A stretch of DNA of 64,000 bases from an uncultured bacterium (lineage in GTDB: Bacteria > Elusimicrobiota > Elusimicrobia > Elusimicrobiales > Elusimicrobiaceae), in contig CASEVY010000013.1 of assembly GCA_949291515.1 (NCBI GenBank), forward strand, positions 16,389 through 80,388. Reading direction: 5' to 3'. Positions 36,788 to 45,916 of the stretch are shown here, in pieces; the stretch's first letter is position 1; each line of letters opens with the position of its first letter. The position numbers and the translations under genes were made by a program. The notes beneath the pieces were generated by a model. It had not been told where the DNA came from and did not search any database. It saw only the letters and a program-made list of their open reading frames with translations.

Positions 36788-37471
36788 TTAAACAGTTTTT
36801 ATTCTGTTGGAACAAAAATCCAACAATAAAGCGGCAGCGCGATTTAATTTATCTAGCGAATAGGAAGAAAAATTCTTTCTCTCCAAACAATATTGCATTA
36901 AATCTTTAGCTTCGCCGCTTAACTTCCCGAAAAGTTCTCTCTTCCCGCAGGGATATTCCCCCGTATCGCAATAATATTCCGCTTGCAAAACAAAGAAAAT
37001 CCCTTTATAAATCTCCCCCAAAGAAACCGCGAAATCCGCGTCGTATAAAAAAGCGTGAGCGCAGGCGTGGTATAAAGCCTCGCACCCCGCTTTAACGGCG
37101 TCTTTGGCGTCTTGCTTGGCGGGGACAGAGATTATATCCTCCATTTTACCGTAAACAGACTTAGTGTCGAAATAAAGTTGAAAAACTTCCCGCTTGCTCC
37201 AATTGGCCAGTTCCTCACGCCCGCTTATAAAACCACAGGCCTTTTCGTGATAGGGCATTGTCCGTATCAATTCTTTATATTTCTCCAAATCGGCAAGCGA
37301 AAGATCGTCTAAAACTGCCACAATATCAATATCGCTGTTTTCTTCGGCTTCCCCCCTTCCGTAACTGCCCTGATAGCCGAAAAACAAAAGCCTCTCCCCA
37401 AACGCGGCCCTTACCTTTGACAGCAAAGCTCCGCTCCACTCTTTTATATCTATTCTGCAACCGTTAATCAT
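36788..37471 (-). CDS. Nucleotidyltransferase-domain protein with a C-terminal helical domain (KNTase/MNT-like)
   Basis: The Pol-beta-type NTase motif GSYGRGEAEENSDIDIVAVLDD is followed by a ~120-aa helical domain. Its start overlaps the upstream gene stop (ATGA). Confidence 0.7.
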   Translation of the reverse strand: MINGCRIDIKEWSGALLSKVRAAFGERLLFFGYQGSYGRGEAEENSDIDIVAVLDDLSLADLEKYKELIRTMPYHEKACGFISGREELANWSKREVFQLYFDTKSVYGKMEDIISVPAKQDAKDAVKAGCEALYHACAHAFLYDADFAVSLGEIYKGIFFVLQAEYYCDTGEYPCGKRELFGKLSGEAKDLMQYCLERKNFSSYSLDKLNRAAALLLDFCSNRIKTV

Positions 37472-38028
37472 TTATCTACCTTCTCCGATGATTTGCTTTC
37501 TATATCCCGCTTTATGAAACTATGTAATTCGTCAATATTGGCATTAGTTCCCGACAACGGATAAGACAAAGTGTTCCTTTTCTGTAAAAAAACTAAAAAT
37601 TTTTGAAACATATTATATCCCCCTCTTATAGCGTTTGCGCGCCCCTCTTTTAACTCCAGCCTTAAAAATACCTTCCCGCCAATCTTATCCAAATAAATAT
37701 TCTCCACATCCCCCCATTTAACAAATCCTTCGGGGAGTATTGCGCCATCTTCATTTATAGTCAATATTAAAGGATTTTTAAAAAATTTTAAAAAAGCCAA
37801 AGAACCGAGCAGCGTAAAAAAAAGCAGAGAAAACCACCCCAAAATTTTATACAAAATCGGGCTGTCATAATGGTATAGGCTAAAATTTGAATCCGAAGCT
37901 AAATTCTCCGCATAAAAAATAAAAAACAAACCCGCCAAAGTAAAAAAAAGAATTCCCAAAAAGATAATAATTAAAGTCTTTTTAGTATAGGATATTTTAA
38001 ATTCCTTAACTTTTCCGCTTTTATCCAT
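37468..38028 (-). CDS. Two-TM membrane protein with a C-terminal PH-like domain
   Basis: The two hydrophobic helices are LIIIFLGILFFTLAGLFFIF and ILGWFSLLFFTLLGSLAFL. They are followed by ILTINEDGAILPEGFVKWGDVENIYL, which resembles bacterial PH (STM3941/YcxB-like) domains. The start is 38028 (GAGGG RBS) or 38040. Confidence 0.55.
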   Translation of the reverse strand: MDKSGKVKEFKISYTKKTLIIIFLGILFFTLAGLFFIFYAENLASDSNFSLYHYDSPILYKILGWFSLLFFTLLGSLAFLKFFKNPLILTINEDGAILPEGFVKWGDVENIYLDKIGGKVFLRLELKEGRANAIRGGYNMFQKFLVFLQKRNTLSYPLSGTNANIDELHSFIKRDIESKSSEKVDK

Positions 38029-38136
38029 TTTGGCCCTCATATCCCGACATTTATAACGCCCGTTGCTATTTTGCTTATATCGCTATAGGTTAGGCCTCAA
38101 AAGCGGAATTTTTTAAAATATCCGCGCGGATATTTC

Positions 38137-38883
38137 TTATATTTTATTGTAAATGAAATCTGGCAGCACTTTTAAAATCCACGCTATCAAACGCCAACGC
38201 TTTGTTATATAGGTTACCGCTTTGCCCTTGGCTATGCCGCAAGCTATTTGGCGCGCTGCCTTATAAGTAGGGGCGACCCAAAAAAGCCCGTCTTTGCCGC
38301 CAACACCTTTGGCCAATGCCGTATCGACAAAACCAGGTACTATGGTGCAAACTTTCAAATTAAGTTTATTCTTAAGAGCCTTCTTCCTAAGCCCCTCAAG
38401 ATAGTTACTTACATAAGCCTTGCTTGCGTAATAAGACGGCGCCAAATCCGACCCCCTGAAAGAGGCTATGCTGGATATCCCCGCAAGCGCGCCAATGCCG
38501 CCCCTCTTTTTTAAATTGCTCTCGAAATAATTATAAGCCGCTACCGCCGCGTCCGTAAACCCCAAGACATTCGTCTTTACCGTATCTATTTCAGGGGCGG
38601 CATTTAAAGAAGCGTTTATATCGCCTATGCCGCTGCAGATTATTATTGTGTCTATTTGGCCCATATCTTCGTGCGCGCTTTTTATCAAATCCGCGCAGGC
38701 TAGAGCCTTAATATCGGAAACATAGGTAAAAACCCTTTGCGGATTTACCCGTTTAAGCTCGTCCAAAAGAGCTTGGCGCCGCCCGCTTACCCCGACGACA
38801 CAACCCAAATCCAAATAATACTCGGCCAAGGCGCGGCCTATACCCGAAGTCCCGCCGATTATAAATATATTTTTATCCGCCAT
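38137..38883 (-). CDS. SDR-family oxidoreductase
   Basis: GGTSGIGRA cofactor motif and YYASKAY catalytic motif. Confidence 0.85.
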   Translation of the reverse strand: MADKNIFIIGGTSGIGRALAEYYLDLGCVVGVSGRRQALLDELKRVNPQRVFTYVSDIKALACADLIKSAHEDMGQIDTIIICSGIGDINASLNAAPEIDTVKTNVLGFTDAAVAAYNYFESNLKKRGGIGALAGISSIASFRGSDLAPSYYASKAYVSNYLEGLRKKALKNKLNLKVCTIVPGFVDTALAKGVGGKDGLFWVAPTYKAARQIACGIAKGKAVTYITKRWRLIAWILKVLPDFIYNKI

Positions 38884-38928
38884 AGTATTTATTATAATTT
38901 ATTTTATACCAATTATATTAGGTTTGAT

Positions 38929-39843
38929 ATGACAGTAAAATACGAAAATAAAGAACAATGCGATATATGTTCCGGACGAAAGCTGGAAAATCTTTTCAAA
39001 ATAAGGAACTTGGAGGGCTTACACGGCCAATTTAATCTGCTTAAATGCAAAGATTGCGGTTCTTACTATACTTCCCCCTACCCTACTCCGCAAACGATAA
39101 GCGAATTGTATTCCGAAAGGGAAAGCAATCAAAATTTCGATTTAAAATCCAACCCGATTATAGACTTGCTAAAAGATATCTCCGCGAAAAAAACTTTGAA
39201 AAACTTTATCAAAAAGACAAAAATCCGCCCTCTTTCCGTTCTTGACTTCGGCACCGGCAACGGCAGATACGCCGCTATGGCCTCCGTCCTGCTCCCCGAA
39301 GCGCAAATAACCGCCTGCGATTTTATTCCCGAAAGGCCCCAAAGATTAAAAGAACAGGAATTCAAACATATCAATTATATCGCCACCCCCCAAACGCTTG
39401 AGGATACCGCCCGTTACGACCTAATAATCTTAAGACACGTGCTTGAACATGTATTTAAACCCGCGGATTTTTTAAAAATATTGCTAAATAAACTGACCCC
39501 AAACGGCTTTATCTACATAGAAGTGCCGAATATAAATTGTATATATTCCCATTATCTGCTGCGCAGTCATTACAGCGGATACAATCCGCCCTACCACCTG
39601 ACGCATTACGATAAAAAAGCCCTAAAAACCCTTTTGCAGAAAATAAACGCCGATTTCGATATTTGGCAGCAGACTATGCCGCTGGCCTCAAATGTCGTCG
39701 CTTCGATGTGCAAAAAGAAGCTAAATCCGTTTTTCCAGTTCGCGGGCATAGCGCTGCACCCGATTCAAAAAGCTAGCGCTTTTATTAAAGGCGAAAAAGA
39801 AGTGCTGTGCGCGGCTGTCAAAGCCGCTGTCAAAAACAAATAA
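38929..39843 (+). CDS. Class I SAM-dependent methyltransferase with an N-terminal Zn-ribbon
   Basis: CDIC...CKDCG ribbon and motif I VLDFGTGNGRYA. The start at 38929 avoids the overlap with the divergent SDR gene implied by the ORF-track start at 38737. Confidence 0.75.
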   Translation: MTVKYENKEQCDICSGRKLENLFKIRNLEGLHGQFNLLKCKDCGSYYTSPYPTPQTISELYSERESNQNFDLKSNPIIDLLKDISAKKTLKNFIKKTKIRPLSVLDFGTGNGRYAAMASVLLPEAQITACDFIPERPQRLKEQEFKHINYIATPQTLEDTARYDLIILRHVLEHVFKPADFLKILLNKLTPNGFIYIEVPNINCIYSHYLLRSHYSGYNPPYHLTHYDKKALKTLLQKINADFDIWQQTMPLASNVVASMCKKKLNPFFQFAGIALHPIQKASAFIKGEKEVLCAAVKAAVKNK

Positions 39844-39876
39844 TATGGCTATAATTCATAATATAAGGGGGCTTGT

Positions 39877-40365
39877 ATGAAATATAACGATAACGCAAGG
39901 AATGATTTGGACGTCTTGTCAAAAGGCGCGTTTTTGCTGTCACAAGACGCGGGACAGACAAATATTATGACTATCGGCTGGGGCGCGATAGGCAATATTT
40001 GGGGCAAACCCGTATTTATCGCCTTGGTAAGGAAAAGCCGTTTTACCCGCGAACTAATAAACGAATCGAATGAATTTACCGTAACTATCCCGCATGAGGA
40101 TATGTCCGACGCTTTGGCGCTGTGCGGCACAAAGTCGGGGCGGGAAATGGACAAAATGGAAGTCGCGGGTTTAAAAACCGTCCAAAGCAAAAAAATCAAT
40201 ACGCCTACGCTGGACTGCAAAGGCACTCATTACGAATGTATGGTGCTTTATAAAACCGATATGAAGCCTTCGGAGCTAGACGAACTGACAAAAGAACGCT
40301 GGTATGGCGACAATGACTTCCATACCGTATACTTCGCGGAGATAGTAAACGTATCCGAAAAGTAA
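39877..40365 (+). CDS. Flavin reductase-like (FMN-binding split-barrel) protein
   Basis: NIMTIGWGAIGNIWGKPVFIALVRKSRFTRELI is typical of the flavin reductase-like domain family. Confidence 0.7.
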   Translation: MKYNDNARNDLDVLSKGAFLLSQDAGQTNIMTIGWGAIGNIWGKPVFIALVRKSRFTRELINESNEFTVTIPHEDMSDALALCGTKSGREMDKMEVAGLKTVQSKKINTPTLDCKGTHYECMVLYKTDMKPSELDELTKERWYGDNDFHTVYFAEIVNVSEK

Positions 40366-40380
40366 ACTCCACCGTTTATA

Positions 40381-40421
40381 AAAAAGACGGGCCGCTTTCA
40401 AATGCGGCCCGTCCCGTTTTT
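40381..40421. terminator. Bidirectional terminator between convergent genes
   Basis: AAAAA-GACGGGCCGC-(8 nt)-GCGGCCCGTC-CCGTTTTT. Confidence 0.75.
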
Positions 40422-40434
40422 AAATGAAAAGTTT

Positions 40435-41199
40435 TCAAATCCCCAAATCCGCGGAGTTGGTAAACAAAAACCTCAAGCTGTCCTTTTTGACGGTCTTGCT
40501 GAGAATTTTAGACAATTCGTCCATAGCCGCGTAAAATACCGGCATATCCTCAACTTCTATGGAAATGGTGGCGATATTAACCATATTCTTGGCTCGCGCA
40601 GAAGCTATGTAAGAACATGTATCCGTATCCAACGTGTTATACAGACATTGCGTGGAGTAGCGATAATATTCCCTCAGCAGAAGCTCCGAATGATGTTCGT
40701 CGTAATATATTCCCTGATACCGTTTGGGAAAAGCGCTGTTGGGCACTATTAATCTTACGACCCTAATTCTAGCCCAAAATTTTTCCCGCAATTTTACCAG
40801 CAGCTTATGAAACTCTTCCGCCTGCGTGCTTGTTCCGTAACCGGTGTCCAAAACCAATTTTTTATGCGGCATAGGCGTTTTTTTGAATTTGGCAAGTTTG
40901 CTCTGATATTCCGAATTCCCAGCCGCCTCTTTTACTTTTGAATCATATCTCTTAAGAAACGCCTCCACCCTTTTGGCGCTTTCTTCGGACATCTTTGCCT
41001 TACCCGATTGCTGTTGCGCATCTATAAATTTACTTTCAAGCACTTCCAAGAAATCGGCCCCTTTCTTTGAAACCGAAAAGTTTTCTACCGGGATTACGCC
41101 ACTGTCAAACGAAAACCCGACATTCAAATCCGTTCTGCTTTGCGCCTTTACTGGCATTGCCAACAAACATAAAACGACCGCCGTTATATAATACTTCAT
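40435..41199 (-). CDS. Secreted protein of unknown function (254 aa), driven by composite promoter D
   Basis: Signal peptide MKYYITAVVLCLLAMPVKAQS, RBS GAGGAGAGG, and no recognisable domain. Confidence 0.6.
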   Translation of the reverse strand: MKYYITAVVLCLLAMPVKAQSRTDLNVGFSFDSGVIPVENFSVSKKGADFLEVLESKFIDAQQQSGKAKMSEESAKRVEAFLKRYDSKVKEAAGNSEYQSKLAKFKKTPMPHKKLVLDTGYGTSTQAEEFHKLLVKLREKFWARIRVVRLIVPNSAFPKRYQGIYYDEHHSELLLREYYRYSTQCLYNTLDTDTCSYIASARAKNMVNIATISIEVEDMPVFYAAMDELSKILSKTVKKDSLRFLFTNSADLGI

Positions 41200-41249
41200 A
41201 TTTCTATCCTCTCCTCACATGAACTTGCCGAAACCCTTTTATACTTTTC

Positions 41250-41317
41250 ATTTTAACACTGGCGGTTTTTCCCCACAAGGGACCTTGGACCTATTTTTAA
41301 ATAGGTCTTTTGACCTA
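41250..41317 (-). promoter_or_regulatory. Composite promoter copy D
   Basis: Gene orientation: AGGTCAAAAGACCT-N10-AGGTCCAAGGTCCC-TTGTGG-N17-TAAAAT. The -35 is at 41273-41278 and the -10 at 41250-41255. Confidence 0.65.
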
Positions 41318-41423
41318 AAAACCTTGCTTTAAAACTCAAAACGCCCCTTTTATGTGGCCGCTTTTGCAAAATTGCCGGCGCCGTTCGACATTATCGGCCT
41401 ATAAAATGTTAAAATATATATAT

Positions 41424-42362
41424 ATGTTAAGAACAATATTTTTCGGCACCCCCGAAGTAGCCGTACCTTTTTTGGAATTGCTGCACGAAAAGACACAAGT
41501 CCTTCTTGTAGTGACACAGCCCGACAGACCTTTTGGCAGAGGTTTAAAACTAAAGCCGTGTCCAGTAAAGGAAAAAGCCCTTTCTTTAGGGCTAAACGTA
41601 ATTTCTCCGGAAAAGCTCAAGGACAATGTCGACTATATAAAATCGATGAACGCCGATATAGGCATAGTGGTGGCCTACGGCAAAATATTCAGAAAGCCCG
41701 CCTTGGAATCGACAAAATTGGGCCTTTTAAACATACATTTTTCGCTTTTGCCCGCATATCGCGGCGCCGCGCCGGTGCAATACGCGCTGTTTAACGGCGA
41801 AAAGAAAACGGGCGTAAGCGCATTTTGGATAGAAGAAGGGTTGGACAGCGGGCCTTTGGCCGCGGCCCTGCCCTGCGAAATACTCCCTTCAGACAATGCA
41901 AAAACCCTATTTGAGAAACTTACGGCTCTTGGTAAAACGGCTTTGACGCAAGTTATAGAAGACATAGAGAAAGGCGAAATTAGGAAAATCCGACAGGAGG
42001 GCGACATTTCTTTGGCCCCTTCAATAGATAAAACCAAGACCGTTGTTTCCTTCAAAGATATGACCGCCGAACAAATACACAACAGCGTCCGGGCATTGGC
42101 CGCGGCTATGCCGGCATACGCAAAAGCCATAACAAAAGACGGTCAAATTATCCAGCTGATAGAAACCGAGCCGTCCGATCAAAAATCAGATATGGCCTGC
42201 GGACAGATAACTTTAATTGAAAGGAACAAAGGCTTTTTTGTAAAATGTAAAGAGGGCGTTTTAATGATAAAGACGCTGCGCCCGGCCGGCAAAAATATAA
42301 TGACGGCAGGGGCTTATATAAACGGCAGAACAATGGCTGCCGGGGATTTCTTTTTTGAGTAA
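41424..42362 (+). CDS. fmt: Methionyl-tRNA formyltransferase
   Basis: IFFGTPEVAVPFL N-terminus and HFSLLPAYRGAAPVQ motif. I chose start 41424 by homology to Fmt N-termini. Confidence 0.9.
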   Translation: MLRTIFFGTPEVAVPFLELLHEKTQVLLVVTQPDRPFGRGLKLKPCPVKEKALSLGLNVISPEKLKDNVDYIKSMNADIGIVVAYGKIFRKPALESTKLGLLNIHFSLLPAYRGAAPVQYALFNGEKKTGVSAFWIEEGLDSGPLAAALPCEILPSDNAKTLFEKLTALGKTALTQVIEDIEKGEIRKIRQEGDISLAPSIDKTKTVVSFKDMTAEQIHNSVRALAAAMPAYAKAITKDGQIIQLIETEPSDQKSDMACGQITLIERNKGFFVKCKEGVLMIKTLRPAGKNIMTAGAYINGRTMAAGDFFFE

Positions 42363-42365
42363 ACT

Positions 42366-43373
42366 ATGAAAAAAGACAAAGAATTAAGAGATGATTTTCT
42401 GGACGATAAACCTATAGTATTCGCTTCCGTTTTTAAGGCTTTGGCGGTGCTGTGCATAATAGGAGTATTTTTGGCGGTTGTAGGTTTTTTCTCGTTTGAC
42501 TGGGCCTTTTCGGCCATAGTACACAGCAGGGAAGAAACCACCGTTCCCGATTTATCAAAGAAACCCGTAGATACGGCCATAGACATACTGGCAAACGCTA
42601 ATTTGGCGATATTTAAGGCGGGCGAAGAGTTTCAGCCGGAAATACCTTCCGGTTCCGTAATAAGGCAGCTTCCCCCCGCGGGAACGATAGTAAGGGAAGG
42701 GAAAGTCGTAAGAGTATGGCTCAGCCAAGGCAGCGAAAACATTGAAGTACCCGACGTTACCGGCGTATTGCAAAGAAACGCCGAACTTATGTTAAGGCAA
42801 AGCCATCTCGCCGTAGGCTTAAAACAAACGGCCTCTTCATTAACGGTGGAAAAGGGCTACGTGGTAAGCCAAACGCCTGCAGCGGGTGAACTTGTAAGCA
42901 AGGGCCAGCCGATAGATTTGGTAATATCGAGCGGGAAGCCGCTGTCTTCACAAATTTTAATGCCGGACTTCAGGCAGAAGAAACTGCAGGAAGCCAATCG
43001 TTGGGCTTCGGAGAACAATATAGAAATAGTCCTTACCGAAGACAGAAATTCTATGTTCCCCAACAGCACCATTATAAGACAGTCGCCCGCGCCCGATACG
43101 GAAATAGCGCCAAAATCATCTATAGAAATAACGGTAAGCACCCGCCCCGTATCCGACGATGAAAAAACGCACCGCATCTATTATGAATTGCCGCAGGGCA
43201 AAAACCAAAACAGGGTAAAGATAGTTTTGATTGACTCTATCGGCGAGCGTGAAGTATTAAACGAGTACAAACAGCCCGGCTCCAAGATAGACATAACCGT
43301 CCCTTACGGCGGCGACGCCAAATTTAGAATCTATGTCGACGGCGTGTTGGTACGCGAGAAGGAAATGAAATGA
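42366..43373 (+). CDS. Membrane-anchored triple-PASTA-domain protein without a kinase or transpeptidase domain
   Basis: One N-terminal TM helix is followed by three PASTA-like repeats (VPDLSKKPVDTAIDIL.., VPDVTGVLQRNAELML.., MPDFRQKKLQEANRWA..). A ~70-aa beta-rich tail follows. Confidence 0.75.
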   Translation: MKKDKELRDDFLDDKPIVFASVFKALAVLCIIGVFLAVVGFFSFDWAFSAIVHSREETTVPDLSKKPVDTAIDILANANLAIFKAGEEFQPEIPSGSVIRQLPPAGTIVREGKVVRVWLSQGSENIEVPDVTGVLQRNAELMLRQSHLAVGLKQTASSLTVEKGYVVSQTPAAGELVSKGQPIDLVISSGKPLSSQILMPDFRQKKLQEANRWASENNIEIVLTEDRNSMFPNSTIIRQSPAPDTEIAPKSSIEITVSTRPVSDDEKTHRIYYELPQGKNQNRVKIVLIDSIGEREVLNEYKQPGSKIDITVPYGGDAKFRIYVDGVLVREKEMK

Positions 43374-44068
43374 TAAAATTGCCCGCACGCGCCGACCGGC
43401 CTAAAGATAAGACTGTTATCGCCCCTTCGATATTATCGGCGAATCAGCTTATATTGGGCGAGCAGATAAAACAGGCGCAAGAGGGCGGAGCGGATTGGCT
43501 CCATATAGACATAATGGACGGGCATTTCGTGCCGAATTTAAGTTTCGGACCCGCGACGGTAAAAGCGATAGACGGTTTTACGACTTTGGCGCAAGACGTA
43601 CACCTTATGGTGGAAAAACCCGCGGATTTTATAGAACCGTTTATAAAAGCGGGCGCCGGTTCTTTGACTTTGCATATAGAAAGCAAAGGCGACATAAGAA
43701 AATTGCTTGAAGGGATAAAAGGCAAAGGACTATCCTGCGGGATATCTATAAAGCCAGATACAAAACCGTCGGACCTTTTGCCCTATGTCGATTTAATAGA
43801 TTTAATACTTGTAATGAGCGTATATCCCGGTTTCGGCGGGCAGGCTTTTTTGCCCTCAAGCCCTAAACAAATATCAGATATACGGGAAATAATAAAAGCA
43901 AGCGGCCGCGGAATATGGCTTGAAGTTGACGGCGGAATAAACAAAGAAACAGCCACAAAGGCCGTAGAAGCCGGCGCCGACGCCCTGGTGGCGGGCAATG
44001 CCGTATTCGGGCAGAGCGACATAAAAGAAGCCATAGCCCAAATACGCCGGGCAATAGAGATAAAATAA
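43370..44068 (+). CDS. rpe: Ribulose-phosphate 3-epimerase
   Basis: LHIDIMDGHFVPNLSFG and VMSVYPGFGGQ motifs. Confidence 0.9.
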   Translation: MIKLPARADRPKDKTVIAPSILSANQLILGEQIKQAQEGGADWLHIDIMDGHFVPNLSFGPATVKAIDGFTTLAQDVHLMVEKPADFIEPFIKAGAGSLTLHIESKGDIRKLLEGIKGKGLSCGISIKPDTKPSDLLPYVDLIDLILVMSVYPGFGGQAFLPSSPKQISDIREIIKASGRGIWLEVDGGINKETATKAVEAGADALVAGNAVFGQSDIKEAIAQIRRAIEIK

Positions 44069-44131
44069 AGATTTTAAACAAAACTAGATTTGCCGTTTCC
44101 TACAAAAAACGGCAAATAAAAGGAGAAGAAA

Positions 44132-44374
44132 ATGGCAGTAGTAATCAGACTCCAGAGAACCGGCAAACGCACTCAGCCGCAATACAGGATTGTAGCTGCG
44201 GAAAAGAGAAGCGCGGTAGGTTCTCAGGCTAAGGAAGTACTCGGGACTTATAATCCCTGCGTAAAAGAAACAGAGCAGATTAAGCTTGACCTTGAAAGAG
44301 TAAACCATTGGGTAAAAGTCGGAGCGATACCGTCTAAAACCGTGGCCTCTTTAATCAAAAAAGCAAGCAAATAA
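44132..44374 (+). CDS. rpsP: 30S ribosomal protein S16
   Basis: MAVVIRLQRTGKR... is a canonical S16 N-terminus. Confidence 0.95.
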   Translation: MAVVIRLQRTGKRTQPQYRIVAAEKRSAVGSQAKEVLGTYNPCVKETEQIKLDLERVNHWVKVGAIPSKTVASLIKKASK

Positions 44375-44403
44375 TTGCCTGCCTTTAACAAAAAGGTGTT
44401 CTT

Positions 44404-44634
44404 ATGAAAGAAATGGCAATATTCCTGCTGACTTCACTTGCGACGAAGAAAGACAGCGTCGTAGTGGAAGCCAAAGAAGAACAAAATAATGTTTATCTTA
44501 CGGCAAAAGTCGATCCTTGCGACAAAGGAAAGGTAATAGGGAAAGACGGCTGCATAATCAAAGCGGTGAGGACGGTGCTCAGCGCCGCGGCGGCCAAAGC
44601 CAATAAGAAAGTATCCCTAAAACTGGAAGACTGA
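44404..44634 (+). CDS. KH-domain RNA-binding protein (YlqC/UPF0109-like)
   Basis: GKVIGKDGCIIKAVRTVL GxxG KH motif, and position between rpsP and trmD. Confidence 0.8.
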   Translation: MKEMAIFLLTSLATKKDSVVVEAKEEQNNVYLTAKVDPCDKGKVIGKDGCIIKAVRTVLSAAAAKANKKVSLKLED

Positions 44635-45371
44635 TGAAGATTGATATTATAACCTTGTTTCCGGAAGTTATGGAACCTTATCTGTCAAGCAGCATAATGG
44701 GCAGAACAAGGAACAAGGGTATAATGGAAATAGGGTATTTAAACCCGAGAATCTTCACAAAAGATAAACACAAAACTGTCGACGACAGGCCATACGGCGG
44801 CGGGGCCGGAATGTTAATGAAAGCCGAACCGCTATATCAGGCCATAAAACAATTAAAGAAGCAATCCCCGTTAAAAGGGAAAAACCCTTTAGTTGTTATG
44901 ACAAGCCCGCGCGGTAAAGTGTTCAATCAAAAGCTGGCAAAAGAGCTGGCGAAAGAAAGGCACATAATATTCTTATGCGGGCATTACGAGGGCGTAGACG
45001 CGAGAATCTACCCCGAGATAGACTTGGAAATCTCTTTGGGCGATTTTATCTTGACGGGAGGCGAACTCGCCGCCTGCACGATAATAGACACCATAGCCAG
45101 GCTTCAGCCGGGCACATTCGCCAAGCAGGACGTAACGGCGAAGGAAAGTTTTGAGGATAATCTCCTTGAAGCTCCGCAGTACACCAGGCCGGAAGTATGG
45201 CGCAGGAGGAAAGTACCCGCCGTATTATTAAGCGGGAACCATAAAGAGATTGAAGAGTGGAAGTTAAAAGAGGCTTTAAAAATAACAAAGAAATTAAGGC
45301 CCGACTTGCTTGATAATAGACCTCTCAAAACAAGCGAAGAAAAGAAAAAAAGACTCAAGAGGAGAAAATAG
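44634..45371 (+). CDS. trmD: tRNA (guanine37-N1)-methyltransferase
   Basis: TrmD-type sequence ([29 protein letters not shown]) with a short Lys-rich tail. Confidence 0.9.
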   Translation: MKIDIITLFPEVMEPYLSSSIMGRTRNKGIMEIGYLNPRIFTKDKHKTVDDRPYGGGAGMLMKAEPLYQAIKQLKKQSPLKGKNPLVVMTSPRGKVFNQKLAKELAKERHIIFLCGHYEGVDARIYPEIDLEISLGDFILTGGELAACTIIDTIARLQPGTFAKQDVTAKESFEDNLLEAPQYTRPEVWRRRKVPAVLLSGNHKEIEEWKLKEALKITKKLRPDLLDNRPLKTSEEKKKRLKRRK

Positions 45372-45375
45372 AAGT

Positions 45376-45807
45376 ATGAATATGAATGAAATTGCCGCAG
45401 CGCAATTAAAGAAAGACCTGCCTTCCTTCAAAGCGGGCGATACTGTAAGAGTATCGGTAAAAGTAGTAGAAGGCGATAACGAAAGAATCCAGCTTTTTGA
45501 CGGCGTAGTAATAGCCAGAAGAGGCAAAGGGATAAGCGAAAGCTTCACGGTAAGGAAAGTATCCTTCGGCGTAGGGGTGGAGCGTATTTTCCCCTTGCAC
45601 TCCCCGAGAATTGAAAAAATAGAAGTATTAAAAGTCGGCAAGGTAAGAAGAGCGAAACTCAATTACTTGAAGAAACTTTCGGGCAAAGCGGCCAGATTGC
45701 AGGAAAAGGCCAAGGTGGTACCGGGCTCCCAAACGGTAAAAGAAACCGTAACGGAAGAAAACGTCGCCCCAGCCCAGGCCGAAGAAGCCGCAGCAGAAAC
45801 GAAATAA
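45376..45807 (+). CDS. rplS: 50S ribosomal protein L19 with a ~25-aa C-terminal extension
   Basis: [33 protein letters not shown] is canonical L19. Start 45376 chosen by homology. Confidence 0.9.
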   Translation: MNMNEIAAAQLKKDLPSFKAGDTVRVSVKVVEGDNERIQLFDGVVIARRGKGISESFTVRKVSFGVGVERIFPLHSPRIEKIEVLKVGKVRRAKLNYLKKLSGKAARLQEKAKVVPGSQTVKETVTEENVAPAQAEEAAAETK

Positions 45808-45827
45808 TTTTTCCGTTTCGAACACAT

Positions 45828-45858
45828 AAAAATCCCCGCTTACAAGCGGGGTTTTTTA
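45828..45858 (+). terminator. Terminator of the rpsP-rplS operon
   Basis: CCCCGCT-taca-AGCGGGG followed by TTTTTT. Confidence 0.8.
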
Positions 45859-45916
45859 TTCTTTTTCATAAAAATCACAAATTATCGGATTTTTATTTTA
45901 AATATTCTTTTAATCT

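Noticed and set aside
39849-40226. 125-aa minus-strand ORF
   Set aside because: It is fully antisense to the flavin-reductase-like gene, which has clear family motifs, and it has no independent signals.
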